64,000 nt of DNA from Planctomycetota bacterium. Its GTDB lineage: Bacteria > Planctomycetota > UBA8108 > SXIK01. The position numbers and the translations under genes were made by a program. The stretch lies in assembly GCA_965223265.1 (NCBI GenBank), contig OZ244999.1:1536001-1600000 (forward strand). The letters are read 5' to 3'. Positions 22,370 through 32,366 of this stretch are shown here, in pieces (position 1 is the first letter of the stretch; each line of letters begins with the position of its first letter). Below the pieces are notes generated by a model, which did no database searches, was not told where the DNA came from, and saw only the letters and a list, made by a program, of their open reading frames with translations.

Positions 22370-22858
22370 ATGGATCTTGAAATCGCCTACGACGCATACG
22401 CTGCGCAGCTTTACCGACACGCCCTGGCGATCACCGGACAACAGGCGGACGCTGAGGACGTCGTGCAGAGCGTCTTCGTCAAGCTCGCGCGTCGTCGGCG
22501 GCAAAGCCCGATCGCTGACCTCGAGGCGTACCTGCACGCAGCCGTCAGGCGGACAGCGCACGACAGCGTGACGCGGCGGCGCGCCTGGGATCGGTGGCTG
22601 CAGCGTCAGTCGACTCCGGGTGCCGAGTTGGGGCTCGTCGTTGCGAACAATGGAGCGCCTCCAGATGAAACCGAAAGCCTCAACCGCGCACTCGCTCGCC
22701 TCCCTCCGGAACAGCGTGAGGTCGTTCTCCTCCACGTCTACGAAGGCAAAACGTTTCGCCGCATCGGGGAGCTGCTCGCGATCTCTCCGGACACTGCTTC
22801 GTCCCGTTACCGCTACGCGCGTGAAAAGCTGAAGGAGTGGCTACATGGACTTGAATGA
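22370..22858 (+). CDS. ECF RNA polymerase sigma-70 factor
   Basis: DAEDVVQSVFVK (region 2); LARLPPEQREVVLLHVYEGKTFRRIGELLAISPDTASSRYRYA (region 4). Confidence 0.92.
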   Translation: MDLEIAYDAYAAQLYRHALAITGQQADAEDVVQSVFVKLARRRRQSPIADLEAYLHAAVRRTAHDSVTRRRAWDRWLQRQSTPGAELGLVVANNGAPPDETESLNRALARLPPEQREVVLLHVYEGKTFRRIGELLAISPDTASSRYRYAREKLKEWLHGLE

Positions 22859-23225
22859 GCACCTTGCCAAATTTCGCGGCGTGGAGCCGCCGGCGGAGTT
22901 TAAGGAGCAGATCCTCGCCGCGTGCACTACGAGGGAGCGCAGACGGACGGTGTTCGGCGCAGCGATGTTGATGGCTTGTTTCGCTCTTTTGATCGGAGTC
23001 AACATTCGAATTGACTTTGGGCGTGACGCTGCGATCAAGCAACTGCGAGGGAGTATGCCAGTGAGCTCTCATCTGTTTTCTACTCCTGTTTTTGCCGTCA
23101 ATCGGAGCGCGTCGGAGTGGGAAAGTCGCCGATTTGTACGCGTTCAGTCGTTGGACGTACGCGATCAGGCCGCCGACGAGGTTTGGATTGTGATGCGGCA
23201 GCGTTTGCAGGAGGACGAACTATGA
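22845..23225 (+). CDS. Putative anti-sigma factor (single TM)
   Basis: Overlaps the sigma gene stop; L..F...EPPAEFKEQIL N-terminus followed by one TM helix. Confidence 0.6.
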   Translation: MDLNEHLAKFRGVEPPAEFKEQILAACTTRERRRTVFGAAMLMACFALLIGVNIRIDFGRDAAIKQLRGSMPVSSHLFSTPVFAVNRSASEWESRRFVRVQSLDVRDQAADEVWIVMRQRLQEDEL

Positions 23226-24484
23226 GCGGCTTAAGAGTCACCACGCCAAATTCAACGCCGCGCAAGCGGAAGACTCGCAAGGTCGTTTGGCTCGTTCTTT
23301 TTGTCCTTGTAGCCTACGGACTCTGGACTGTTTGGCATGCACGGGCCAGCTCGCGTTTGAGTCAAGCTGTAGCCGAGGCGAAACGTTCGGGTCTACTTCT
23401 CTCGTTTGAGGAACTCCTCGAAGGACTCGAGAGATTCGGAGGTCAACCTGCGCCGGAAGAGAATGCCGCGCCGCTCTACGAAGCGGCGATCGCACTCATG
23501 AAGGGGCTCGAGGAACCAGAGGACGGCTGGGAAGAGCGAGCCGAGGACGGTGGCCCGAGTGCAGCCGCCGAGCGACTTCTTCCGCGCTACGAAGAGGTGT
23601 TTCGGGTTGTCGAAGCGGCGTCCAAACGTCCACGCTGTGTGTTTGATCTCGCCTGGAGGAGGGGCTTCAACGTTCTGCTGCGGCACCTGACGGGACTGCG
23701 GGAGATATCATACGTCTATCGCCAACGGATTGCGCTGCGAGCCCGGGCCGGTGACATTGAAGGCGCGCTACAGGACACCAAAGCGCTCTTCTCGTTAGCG
23801 CGTGCCCTGCGGGAGGAGCCGATCGTGTTGAGCCAGCTCGTCCGCGTGGCGATCTCGAGAGTCGCCCTCCACGAGCTCAAGACTTTGTTGCCGCAGTGCG
23901 AGTCGGCGACGGCGGCGCTCGAGAAGCTCGAGATCGATGCGGCGCGCGGCGCGATGGCATTCGCGCTTCATGGGGAGGCGCACTCAGTTGTTGTCCTGAG
24001 CGAAAAGATGACAAGCGATGTGTTGACCGTCATCGGTTCGCGCCCTGCGTGGTGGTTGCGATTCAACGAGTTCATGAAACCGTACTTGCTGAACGATGCC
24101 GCGTACATGCTCGAGGCGCTGGGCCGAATCCGCGACGTCTACAAGGAAGACTCATATCCAGAGGCGCTCGAGCGAGCTGCGCTCGAGTTGGAAGAAGTCT
24201 GCGCGGGAGGTGGGTATGTCGCCGACAAACTGCTACCGCACTACAACCATTGGGTTCACCGTTCCGAGGCACGCCTAGCATCGACAATCGCCCTAGCGCA
24301 GCTCGCAGCACGTTTTCTCGACCACCGGCGTGCACATGGCGACTACCCGAGCGGCGTAGAGTCGTTTGGCGAAGCAGCTGTGGATCCCATGAGCGGCGAA
24401 CCGTTCGTGTTGCAACGCGATGAGGCCGGCTGGGTGCTGAAGAGCCCGACGGACGCTGAGGTCTCTTGGCCGCTCGAGGATTGA
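23222..24484 (+). CDS. Membrane-anchored hypothetical protein, similar to 3554..5041
   Basis: ATGA overlap; N-terminal TM; EENAAPLY, EEPIVLSQLVRVA, HRRAHGDYP..VDPMSGEPF. Confidence 0.78.
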   Translation: MSGLRVTTPNSTPRKRKTRKVVWLVLFVLVAYGLWTVWHARASSRLSQAVAEAKRSGLLLSFEELLEGLERFGGQPAPEENAAPLYEAAIALMKGLEEPEDGWEERAEDGGPSAAAERLLPRYEEVFRVVEAASKRPRCVFDLAWRRGFNVLLRHLTGLREISYVYRQRIALRARAGDIEGALQDTKALFSLARALREEPIVLSQLVRVAISRVALHELKTLLPQCESATAALEKLEIDAARGAMAFALHGEAHSVVVLSEKMTSDVLTVIGSRPAWWLRFNEFMKPYLLNDAAYMLEALGRIRDVYKEDSYPEALERAALELEEVCAGGGYVADKLLPHYNHWVHRSEARLASTIALAQLAARFLDHRRAHGDYPSGVESFGEAAVDPMSGEPFVLQRDEAGWVLKSPTDAEVSWPLED

Positions 24485-24510
24485 ATGAAGGCCTGCGAGA
24501 CCGCCACTGA

Positions 24511-25968
24511 CTATTCCGCGTCGGCATCCGGTTGTCGCGCGGTGACATCCTGCTTCGCTGCGCTCACCAGCGTGAGAGAAATGTCGCGGCTATGGCTTCC
24601 CAGCTGCATATGTGGCTCGCCGGGACCGTGAACAGTGATGAGGCCGCGCACATCTCGAATCCCGAGTTCGCTGTTCGTCGGTTCGAGGAAGAGCGCCGGG
24701 CGCGGCAGTGAGTCGTAGACGTGACAGTCTTCGAACACGATGCCGCCGAAGTCCTTGGAGACGTGCGGCCGGCGCACCTGCAGATGGATTGGCACCCGGG
24801 CAGGCCAATGTCCCGGATGGGAGACCAGCCAGGGACTGCGAAAGTTGCAGTTGATGAATCGCAGCTCCGCTCGCGCGGCTGATTTGTCGAAGATGCGAAC
24901 GCTCTCCTTGCCGGTGTTCTCAACGGTGCAGTTGACGAACTCTATGAATCCACCCGGGCCGTCATCGCGGACCGCGGCGACGCTGATGCCAGACCAGCCG
25001 TGAGATTTGTCATCACGACCGATTCCTTGTGCTACGCCGTCAGGTCGACGGGCGGTCAGAGTTTTACGCATCAGGCAGTTTTCGAACCGGATCGACAGAT
25101 CCGGTGCGTCGCCGTGCAGATTCTTCGGATAGACGAGGACTTCGTGACCTTCGTTGTTTTCGAAGAGGCAGTTACGGATGACGATGTTCACCAGGCTCTG
25201 CTCGGCGCCGTCCGGCTCGAGGTCGAGCCCGGCACCCGGTGCCGTGCCCCAGGTGTTCGCAAAGACGCAGCGTTCGACGACGAGGTTCTCAGCGCTGATG
25301 ACGCTCATGCCTTGACGATGGTTGTCGAAGCAGGTCACGTCACGAATCACCACGTCGCGCGTGAGCTTCTTCCCGGCGCCGCCATCGATGTAGATGCCGT
25401 CACCGCCGCTGCTCTCGATGCGTACCCCCTCGACGAGCACGTTTGTGCAGCCGCGCAGCGAGAGTCCCATGCGCCACTCGGCTTTCGGGTACGGAGGTTT
25501 CATGTAGTCGCGCTTGCGCATGCGGAGCGTAGCGCCATAGCCGCGGAGGACAACGTTCTGTGCGGCGCGCGCGGTGAACAGCGAGTCGCCGCCGCCGAGA
25601 AACGCGCCTTTCTTTGCCAGGATGACGACACCGGGCTCCAAGTAGACCTCTTGATCGGATCGCAGCTGGAGTGGGCGGACAATCCACGGTGCGCCCATGT
25701 ACGGAATCTTCACGCGTTTGGCGCCTGAATCGAGCGCACCTTGGATGGCGTCCGTCACATCCTCTTTGTTGAAGCCCCACCAAGCAGTGTTGGCCTCCAT
25801 CTGCTCGCCAGAGCGCACTCGAGCGATGGCCTGCCGGTTGGCGGCGTTCTCCGCGTTCGCTTGAGTCTCCGAACCGGCACTGTGCACTGCGGTGAAGGGG
25901 GCTACGACCACAACGATCCAGCTGTGAAATCTTGAGAGGCCTGCCTTGGAGATGTGTTTTCTCATCAT
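24511..25968 (-). CDS. Right-handed parallel beta-helix (pectate lyase-like) secreted protein
   Basis: DVTDAIQGALDSG, NVLVEGVRIESSGGDGIY, NHRQGMSVIS, GLDLEP, NIVIRNCLFENN repeats. Confidence 0.85.
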   Translation of the reverse strand: MMRKHISKAGLSRFHSWIVVVVAPFTAVHSAGSETQANAENAANRQAIARVRSGEQMEANTAWWGFNKEDVTDAIQGALDSGAKRVKIPYMGAPWIVRPLQLRSDQEVYLEPGVVILAKKGAFLGGGDSLFTARAAQNVVLRGYGATLRMRKRDYMKPPYPKAEWRMGLSLRGCTNVLVEGVRIESSGGDGIYIDGGAGKKLTRDVVIRDVTCFDNHRQGMSVISAENLVVERCVFANTWGTAPGAGLDLEPDGAEQSLVNIVIRNCLFENNEGHEVLVYPKNLHGDAPDLSIRFENCLMRKTLTARRPDGVAQGIGRDDKSHGWSGISVAAVRDDGPGGFIEFVNCTVENTGKESVRIFDKSAARAELRFINCNFRSPWLVSHPGHWPARVPIHLQVRRPHVSKDFGGIVFEDCHVYDSLPRPALFLEPTNSELGIRDVRGLITVHGPGEPHMQLGSHSRDISLTLVSAAKQDVTARQPDADAE

Positions 25969-26167
25969 ACGAGTTGCCTTCTCGCGTTAGCGATGTCAGT
26001 CGCGAGCCGCACGCACGAGCGCGCCGGCTACCATACTCACGATCGTTACACGCGTCATAGCCTGCAAACGGTGGGCGAAGCGAACGAGCCCGACCGGGCG
26101 CGCCGATCAAATCGCTATCGATTCATACGAGCGTCATGCTACTGCTCGTGGAGGCGCGTGCGAAGAC

Positions 26168-28021
26168 TCAAAACTTCGCGCGCAGCTGAAACTGCACCTT
26201 GTGGGCGGCGTCTTGGTCGTCGCGATCGAAAGCGTCGTCGGGCTCGAAGCGTCCGAGAACGAGCTCGGCGTTGAGCCAGCGTTTGTAGCGATAGCCGAAA
26301 ACCAGATCGATTTCCCAGCCGAGGTATCGGTGTTCGCCTTCGGGGTCGGCGTCGAGATCTGACTCACCCAGATCTTCAGAAGCTTCGTCTTGATGGTAGG
26401 TATGAAAGACGACGTCGATGGAGAAGTCGCGGACGGGCCGAATGCCCGCTCCCATCGTCGTGACGACGAGATTAGAGAGCTCAGGGTCGACGACTTCGCC
26501 GTAATAGCGAAAGCTCGTGACGCCACCGAACTTGGCGTTGTTGTCCTGGAGGCCGGTCTGGCGAAAAGCGACAGTGTCGCCGTCGTTATCGATCCGACCT
26601 GTGGCATAGGCGACGCCGAGCGTGAGCGTCGGCCTTAGAGGTGCGTCCACGACGTACGAAACTCCAGTGTCGATCGCGTATCCGTCGATGGGAGTGGAGT
26701 CATGTTCGCCGCGCGCTGCCGCGAGTTCGATCCAGTGCCTCAGGCCGTAGCGCGGCCTGCCCCACGATCTCAGTCCGATGACGAGAGGATTGAACTCTTC
26801 GTCTGAGGCATCCGTTCGACTGACGAAATAGCCGCTCAGGAAATGAGATGGGTTCAGGTGATATCTCAGGAGACCGATCGCGTTGAACGTGTCCTCGGTG
26901 TCGTTTCGGTCTTCGAGCAGTTCATGTTCACGGCCGGCACTCATCGACAACTCGAGGGACCACGGTCCGTCGCGCGCGTGCATGCGCACACCGTCGAGGA
27001 CTTCGTCGTAGATCCACTCCCGTTCTTCGTCGAAGTCCTGGCGACCCGCTTGGACGGCGAAGACGTCGGTGAGTGCGTGAAAAACGTAGGCCCGCGACAG
27101 GCGATGCTGGTATGTGGTCTCCTCGTGTCTCTCCCTGCGCAGTTGCTCTCTGATGCCGAACGTGCCCTCAAGAAAGACGAACGAACGCTCCTCGTTGAAG
27201 CGCCAAAGAGCGTCGAGTTTGATCTCGTTTTGAAAGATCTGTTTGTCGCGCTTTCGGTCGCGGTCGAGGTCGCGTTCATCTTCAGCGCGACCGCGGAACA
27301 TATACTGTCCTCCGAACATGAGGTCAGGCGTTGGCCGAATGCTGAAGACGACGGCCTTTTGTTCGTCTTGAAGAAACGTCTGGAGCGGGTCGGAACTGCC
27401 TGGCTCGTCATCGATCGCGTCGTCCAGTAGGTTCACGCGCGTCTCACGAGACGGCTGCACGGCGAGGCTGCCAACGGTGATGGAATTCTCTTCGGCCGGT
27501 GCCCCTACCTGCCCTAAGACTTTGAAGCGGTCCCGCGGCTGCATGCGGCGAATCGTGCGTGCGAAGAGGGAGCCATCCGGTTTGACGCGAGCTTTGACAC
27601 GGACCCAGTCGCCCGCCACGACCGGAAAACGCGGCACGACGGTTCTCTCTTCCGTCTCGAACTCTGTGTCGCCATCGACGGCAACCCTTTCGCCGAGGAT
27701 TTCGAACGAGGTGGCGTCCGTCGTCACGTCCGTCGGTACTGGGGCGGTGAGTTCAACCTTGTCGGCCGAGAAGCCTTCCTCAAAGGGGGCTTCTTCAATC
27801 TCATCGACTTCGGAGACTTGGCCATCTCCTGTCACCTGCCCTTTGACTTCCACCCACATCCCGGGCACGACTTGTTCCACATCTTTGGGCGTGTCCAAAT
27901 CTGGGTGGGCGCAGCTTCCCAGGAAGCCTGCGACGAAGGTTACGAGCGTGACGAAAAGGGAAACTCCGTGGCGAGAGGCCGACGGCGCGCGCTGCGTGAC
28001 ATGGACTCGGTGTTGCAACAT
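26168..28021 (-). CDS. Alginate-export (AlgE-like) outer-membrane beta-barrel with N-terminal lipoprotein signal and DUF5666-like repeats
   Basis: FLGSC lipobox; GMWVEVKG / GDWVRVKA..DGSLFA repeats; GRQDF..EREWIYD, FRQTGLQDN..YYGE..PELSNL, LGWEIDL; terminal Phe. Confidence 0.8.
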   Translation of the reverse strand: MLQHRVHVTQRAPSASRHGVSLFVTLVTFVAGFLGSCAHPDLDTPKDVEQVVPGMWVEVKGQVTGDGQVSEVDEIEEAPFEEGFSADKVELTAPVPTDVTTDATSFEILGERVAVDGDTEFETEERTVVPRFPVVAGDWVRVKARVKPDGSLFARTIRRMQPRDRFKVLGQVGAPAEENSITVGSLAVQPSRETRVNLLDDAIDDEPGSSDPLQTFLQDEQKAVVFSIRPTPDLMFGGQYMFRGRAEDERDLDRDRKRDKQIFQNEIKLDALWRFNEERSFVFLEGTFGIREQLRRERHEETTYQHRLSRAYVFHALTDVFAVQAGRQDFDEEREWIYDEVLDGVRMHARDGPWSLELSMSAGREHELLEDRNDTEDTFNAIGLLRYHLNPSHFLSGYFVSRTDASDEEFNPLVIGLRSWGRPRYGLRHWIELAAARGEHDSTPIDGYAIDTGVSYVVDAPLRPTLTLGVAYATGRIDNDGDTVAFRQTGLQDNNAKFGGVTSFRYYGEVVDPELSNLVVTTMGAGIRPVRDFSIDVVFHTYHQDEASEDLGESDLDADPEGEHRYLGWEIDLVFGYRYKRWLNAELVLGRFEPDDAFDRDDQDAAHKVQFQLRAKF

Positions 28022-28036
28022 GGTGCAGGAGGCTCT

Positions 28037-29230
28037 TCAGGAAGGCGATACAATGTTGAGTGTGGCGAACGCGTTCAGCGCACGCTGCAGAAGCTTGGCG
28101 GCGAGATCTTGCTGCAGCGGTCTGAGTGCGTAGACCGCGGCAAGACGTGAGCGCACCAGTGCCCGGATGACCCCGACCCGTGCGTCGCTCGGGTCATACC
28201 GGAGCGTTGTGAGCAAGTGTTCACTACTTTGGAGGAGACTCGCGGCGCATCGTGGATACTGCAGCGAGCGCAGCAGCAAATGCTCCGAGAGGTTGACAGC
28301 GTCAAAGCACGGATCACCACGGTGCACGTCGTCGAGGTCGATGAGGAAGAGATCTCGTCCGTTGACGAAGCACTGTTTGTCATGCAGATCCCCGTGGACG
28401 AGGCCCTCTCCGAAGGGCTCGGCTTCCGGTAGGCCTCTCACGAGCTCCGTCAGGCGATCCACTTTCGGATTTGCCTCCGCCGCTCGGGAAATCTGTCTCA
28501 AGGTGGCGCCACGTTCGTGCTCGAACGTGCGCCGCGTGAGCTCGGTTGCCGGTGCGAATGACGCGAGTCCATGGCAAACGTCGACGAGAAGTGCAGGGGA
28601 TACCGATTCTTCATTCTTGATGAGGTCGTGAACCGATCGACCTGGGCATGCTTCCGTGAGGTAGCACTGAGCCTTGGAGGAAGAGCCCACTGGTAGGGCG
28701 AAGTGCACGTGGCCCACGGTGCTCGGCAGCGCCTGGAGGGATTCCGCTGCCCGGTCGAAAGCTGAGCGCTTGAGAACTTTGAGATAGAAATCGTGGCATT
28801 CCCCGTGTTCGTCGACCAGCTGCAAGTTGTAGACGGCGCGCCGCCTCGGATGGTAGGCGATCAGGCGTGCGCTGCCGGCGGCGATGCTGTGGAGCTTCGA
28901 CTCGTGGTCACGAAGCGTCAACCCACCCTCTTCGAGTAGCCGACAGCCGCATAGTTTGTCGTCGTCGGCTGGTGTGAGCGTCTCCAAGTGCGGTGCACGC
29001 TTCTCCTTTGCCGATCGATCTGCTTCTCTCTGCGATAGCGTGAACACCGCTGGCTCGGCGCTTCTCGGTCGCACCACGACCGCTGCTTCTTCGCTTCCCA
29101 GAGGGCGAGTGAGAACGGAGGGAGGGCCATCTCTTGTGTCGAAGCGCTGCAGAAAATCGAGTCCAGCAGGACTGGAGAGCCACGCCGACAGACGGCTGAT
29201 CGGAGTGGACGTGAATTTGCCGGCTGTCAC
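28037..29230 (-). CDS. Aminoglycoside phosphotransferase (APH)-like kinase
   Basis: GTGA overlap with GGAGG RBS; YHPRRRAV, FYLK, LVHGDLHDKQ, LIDLDD, GDPCFD. Confidence 0.82.
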   Translation of the reverse strand: MTAGKFTSTPISRLSAWLSSPAGLDFLQRFDTRDGPPSVLTRPLGSEEAAVVVRPRSAEPAVFTLSQREADRSAKEKRAPHLETLTPADDDKLCGCRLLEEGGLTLRDHESKLHSIAAGSARLIAYHPRRRAVYNLQLVDEHGECHDFYLKVLKRSAFDRAAESLQALPSTVGHVHFALPVGSSSKAQCYLTEACPGRSVHDLIKNEESVSPALLVDVCHGLASFAPATELTRRTFEHERGATLRQISRAAEANPKVDRLTELVRGLPEAEPFGEGLVHGDLHDKQCFVNGRDLFLIDLDDVHRGDPCFDAVNLSEHLLLRSLQYPRCAASLLQSSEHLLTTLRYDPSDARVGVIRALVRSRLAAVYALRPLQQDLAAKLLQRALNAFATLNIVSPS

Positions 29231-30528
29231 ACACCCTCCAGTACTTGACGTGCCCGCGTCACGAGTGTGTGTGACGCAGCGACCCAATCGCCTTGCAGTC
29301 GGCGTAGCGGTGCAAGCGAGAGGCGGAGAAGAGCGCAGGCCTCGAACCATCGCAGCTCCTCGCGCGGCAATTGCCCCCCGGCTTCTTTGTAGCCGTCCAT
29401 CAAGATCTGCAGAGCGGAGTTCGGGAGGTGCTCCGCATCGAGTGTGGCATGAGCTGAGAAGCTAGCGAGGTCGTAGGCCGCTGGTCCGAGACAGGTGCGA
29501 TCGAAGTCGACGAGTCCGGGTACGTCTGCGTCGAACAGGAATTGATCAGCGTGGAGGTCGCCGTGCAAAAGCCTCTGCATCGACGGTGACGGTATCGTCG
29601 CTGACAAAACCTCAGCGAGATCTTCGATCTGTTCGCTCAACCCTTGATTGATTGCGGCGAAGTCTGCCGCTGTTTGGTAGACACGATCGAGCTCGTTGAC
29701 TGGAAGGATCTGAGACTCAACCGTGGTGGGGGGGAGGGCGGCGTGAACTGCTGCGAGCAATCGGCCGGCGCTGATAAGCTTCTCTTGGCGCGCGACTCCT
29801 TTGGTGCGTAAGTTTTGGCCCTTGAGTTCGCACTCCAGCGCGAAGTGTGGCTCACTGACGAGACGTTCGGGGCAGCGGACGCCGTGTGCGCGCACCGCTT
29901 TCATCGCGTCGCCCGCGCCAACACCGCAGGCCCCAGTGTGTACGCGCGCGTAGAGATTAACGTGGCGCGCGCATGCGTCACCCTGCATGCACGCCAGACT
30001 CCACCGGAGAACGGCGCGTCGCTCGGGCTTATAGCGTAGGACGTCGAGGTGGCTGCGTCTTTTACCGATGCGTTCGTGTCGCTCTTCGGGGCTCGCGCTT
30101 CGCTCCACGAGCAGGCGGCGAAAACGACCCAGTCGCACGAGGTGCCGCAGACGCGAGAGCATGCGGTCGACGGGGAACGCCAGCAGAAGGACCTCGTGCT
30201 CTTCGTCGAGCGTCACCGGCCGCAAGCCCGAATACATTCGGAGTCGGCGATCGTGGAAACGTTCCGCCTCGGAGCGGAGGCGAGCGAGGGGCGCCGCACG
30301 GACGGTTAAGAACGTTTGTGCCACTTCCTCGTTCAGTCGGATCTCGAGACGCCACCCGACAAGTGCTCCGTGCTGCCCCTTGAAACGTAAGTAGTACGGC
30401 TTCAAAGAGTGCACTTCTCCTGCGTCGACGACGCGCTCAGCGATGTATGCTCGCATCGCACTCGAGTCGAGAGCCAGTTCGAGCCCCTTGAGCGAGCCGC
30501 TCCAGTCGCCGTGAATCACCGTAGTCAT
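29227..30528 (-). CDS. Aminoglycoside phosphotransferase (APH)-like kinase
   Basis: AFPVD, RYKPERRAV, LLHGDLHADQ, LVDFD, GPAAYDLASF. Confidence 0.85.
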   Translation of the reverse strand: MTTVIHGDWSGSLKGLELALDSSAMRAYIAERVVDAGEVHSLKPYYLRFKGQHGALVGWRLEIRLNEEVAQTFLTVRAAPLARLRSEAERFHDRRLRMYSGLRPVTLDEEHEVLLLAFPVDRMLSRLRHLVRLGRFRRLLVERSASPEERHERIGKRRSHLDVLRYKPERRAVLRWSLACMQGDACARHVNLYARVHTGACGVGAGDAMKAVRAHGVRCPERLVSEPHFALECELKGQNLRTKGVARQEKLISAGRLLAAVHAALPPTTVESQILPVNELDRVYQTAADFAAINQGLSEQIEDLAEVLSATIPSPSMQRLLHGDLHADQFLFDADVPGLVDFDRTCLGPAAYDLASFSAHATLDAEHLPNSALQILMDGYKEAGGQLPREELRWFEACALLRLSLAPLRRLQGDWVAASHTLVTRARQVLEGV

Positions 30529-32366
30529 AGCTTCACCTGAGGCGTGCCTGGTCGTTCCGCGTCGAAGGGGAATCCAGACGTTACAGCGTCCGCGTTTGTC
30601 ACCTCGCGCGCTTCGAGCTCTCGAACACTGCCGTCTTCGAAGAGAATCACCCGGTCGACACGCCGCAGAATCTGTGCGCGGTGTGTGATGATGAGAACGG
30701 TGCGCTGTCGCAGCGTCGCGAGAACTTCAGACGACATGAGGGTTTCCGCGTCCGCGTCGAGTGCACTCGACGGCTCATCGAGAATGACGATCGGCGATCG
30801 CCTCAAGAGAGCGCGCGCGACAGCGACGCGTTGCCTCTGACCTCCCGAGAGCGCTGATCCTCGCTCGCCCACGCGAGTCTCCATGCCGCGCGGCAGACGA
30901 TTCGCGAACGCTGCCACTCCACTGCTCACAGCGGCCTTGACGATTTCTTCGTGCGAAGCTTCGGGGCGTCCCAGCTGCACGTTCTCATAGAGCGTGCCGT
31001 CGAAGAGGACGGAGTCTTGAAAGACGACGCTCACTTGGGCGCGTACTTCTTCGACTCCGAGGTCTTGGACATCGTAGCCATCGATCAGGACGCGTCCGGA
31101 GCTCGGAACGCGCAACCTAGGGATCAAGGATACGAAGGTGCTCTTGCCCGAGCCGTTCGCGCCTATGAGTGCAACGTGTTCACCGGCTGCGATGTTGAGA
31201 TTGATCGAGCGTAAAACAGGACAAGAATCTTCATGTGCAGGCTCATAGCTGAACGAAACTTCTGAGAAACGAATCTCTCGCCCCGAGCTCGGAGTCGGCA
31301 GAGTCGCCTGCTCGGTGGCTGCCGCAGTCTCACGGCAGGCGTCACGCGCGCTGAGGATTTCGATCAGACGTTCGCCGCTCGCGGCGGATTTCAACAGTTT
31401 CGAGCTGCGGTGAACCATGCCGCGCACCGGCTTGTAGAGCGAGCGAGCGTACGAGAGAACGACGAGGAGCTCACCCGCGGTGAGCGCGTCGTCAAGAACG
31501 CGATACGTGCCGACGAGGAGGATGAGTGCCGTGGAGCCTGAGAGCGACACCTCGGTCCAGCGACTCATGGCCCCTTCCATGCGGACCGCGGCGAGTCCCG
31601 CCTTCAGACTCTTGCGATTCTGTCTGGCGAATCGTCTTGTCGTTTCGGCTGCGAGGTCGTAGCCCTGCACAACTTCAACTGCGCCGAGCGACTCGCCCAT
31701 GACCGCGGCGATCTTGCCCTCTTTGCGGCGCTGGCGCGAGGCCGCTTGTTTGAGCCGTTTGCCGTAAAACGCGACCACGACCGCCACGGCCGGCAACACC
31801 AGAACCGTGACGACGGTCAGGCGGACGTCAAGCAGCAGCATGACGGAAATCGTTCCGACCACGACGAGCGCCTGTTGGACGAGTGTAAAAGCTCCCTCGA
31901 CCAGAAATTCCCGCATCATCGACGTGTCTCCGGTCAGCCGTGCGAGCAGGTCGCCCGAGCGATGTCGGTCGTGGTATTCGAGCGGCAGCTCCATGAGGAT
32001 GCGGTGGACGTCGACGCGAATGTCAGCCACGACCTGTTGTCCGACGCGAGCCAGAAGGATCGTCTTCGCGTAGGCACACGCTCCGCCGATTGCGGTCGCG
32101 CCAAGAAGCGCGGCGCACGAGAGCAGAAGCAGAGTGGTGCGGGAATCCTGCAGGGAACGAGGAAGAAGGTCGAGCGGTTGAGCGAGAATCACTTGATCGA
32201 TCACAACCTTGATCGGCCACGGTCGCAGCATCTCGAAGACGATGAAGCCAAACGTCGCAAGGGCTGCGAGCGCCAGCGATGACCGGTAGGGGCGAGCATA
32301 AGGCCAAAGTCGGCGAAACGCCGCTGCCATCAACTGTCGGCGGGAGCTCGCTCCGGCATCGTTCAC
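30525..32366 (-). CDS. ABC transporter, fused permease/ATP-binding exporter
   Basis: PWPIKVVID TM region; GANGSGKS, LSGGQRQR, ILDEPSSALD, ITHR. Confidence 0.92.
   Translation of the reverse strand: MNDAGASSRRQLMAAAFRRLWPYARPYRSSLALAALATFGFIVFEMLRPWPIKVVIDQVILAQPLDLLPRSLQDSRTTLLLLSCAALLGATAIGGACAYAKTILLARVGQQVVADIRVDVHRILMELPLEYHDRHRSGDLLARLTGDTSMMREFLVEGAFTLVQQALVVVGTISVMLLLDVRLTVVTVLVLPAVAVVVAFYGKRLKQAASRQRRKEGKIAAVMGESLGAVEVVQGYDLAAETTRRFARQNRKSLKAGLAAVRMEGAMSRWTEVSLSGSTALILLVGTYRVLDDALTAGELLVVLSYARSLYKPVRGMVHRSSKLLKSAASGERLIEILSARDACRETAAATEQATLPTPSSGREIRFSEVSFSYEPAHEDSCPVLRSINLNIAAGEHVALIGANGSGKSTFVSLIPRLRVPSSGRVLIDGYDVQDLGVEEVRAQVSVVFQDSVLFDGTLYENVQLGRPEASHEEIVKAAVSSGVAAFANRLPRGMETRVGERGSALSGGQRQRVAVARALLRRSPIVILDEPSSALDADAETLMSSEVLATLRQRTVLIITHRAQILRRVDRVILFEDGSVRELEAREVTNADAVTSGFPFDAERPGTPQVKL

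Noticed and set aside
26168-28021. Alginate biosynthesis locus (algE)
   Set aside because: No algD, alg8, alg44, algK or algG homologs nearby, so the gene symbol is withheld.
28037-30528. Antibiotic-resistance (aph) genes
   Set aside because: Only the fold-level motif is shared; size, the N-to-Q change and the glycosyltransferase operon context argue for a biosynthetic role.
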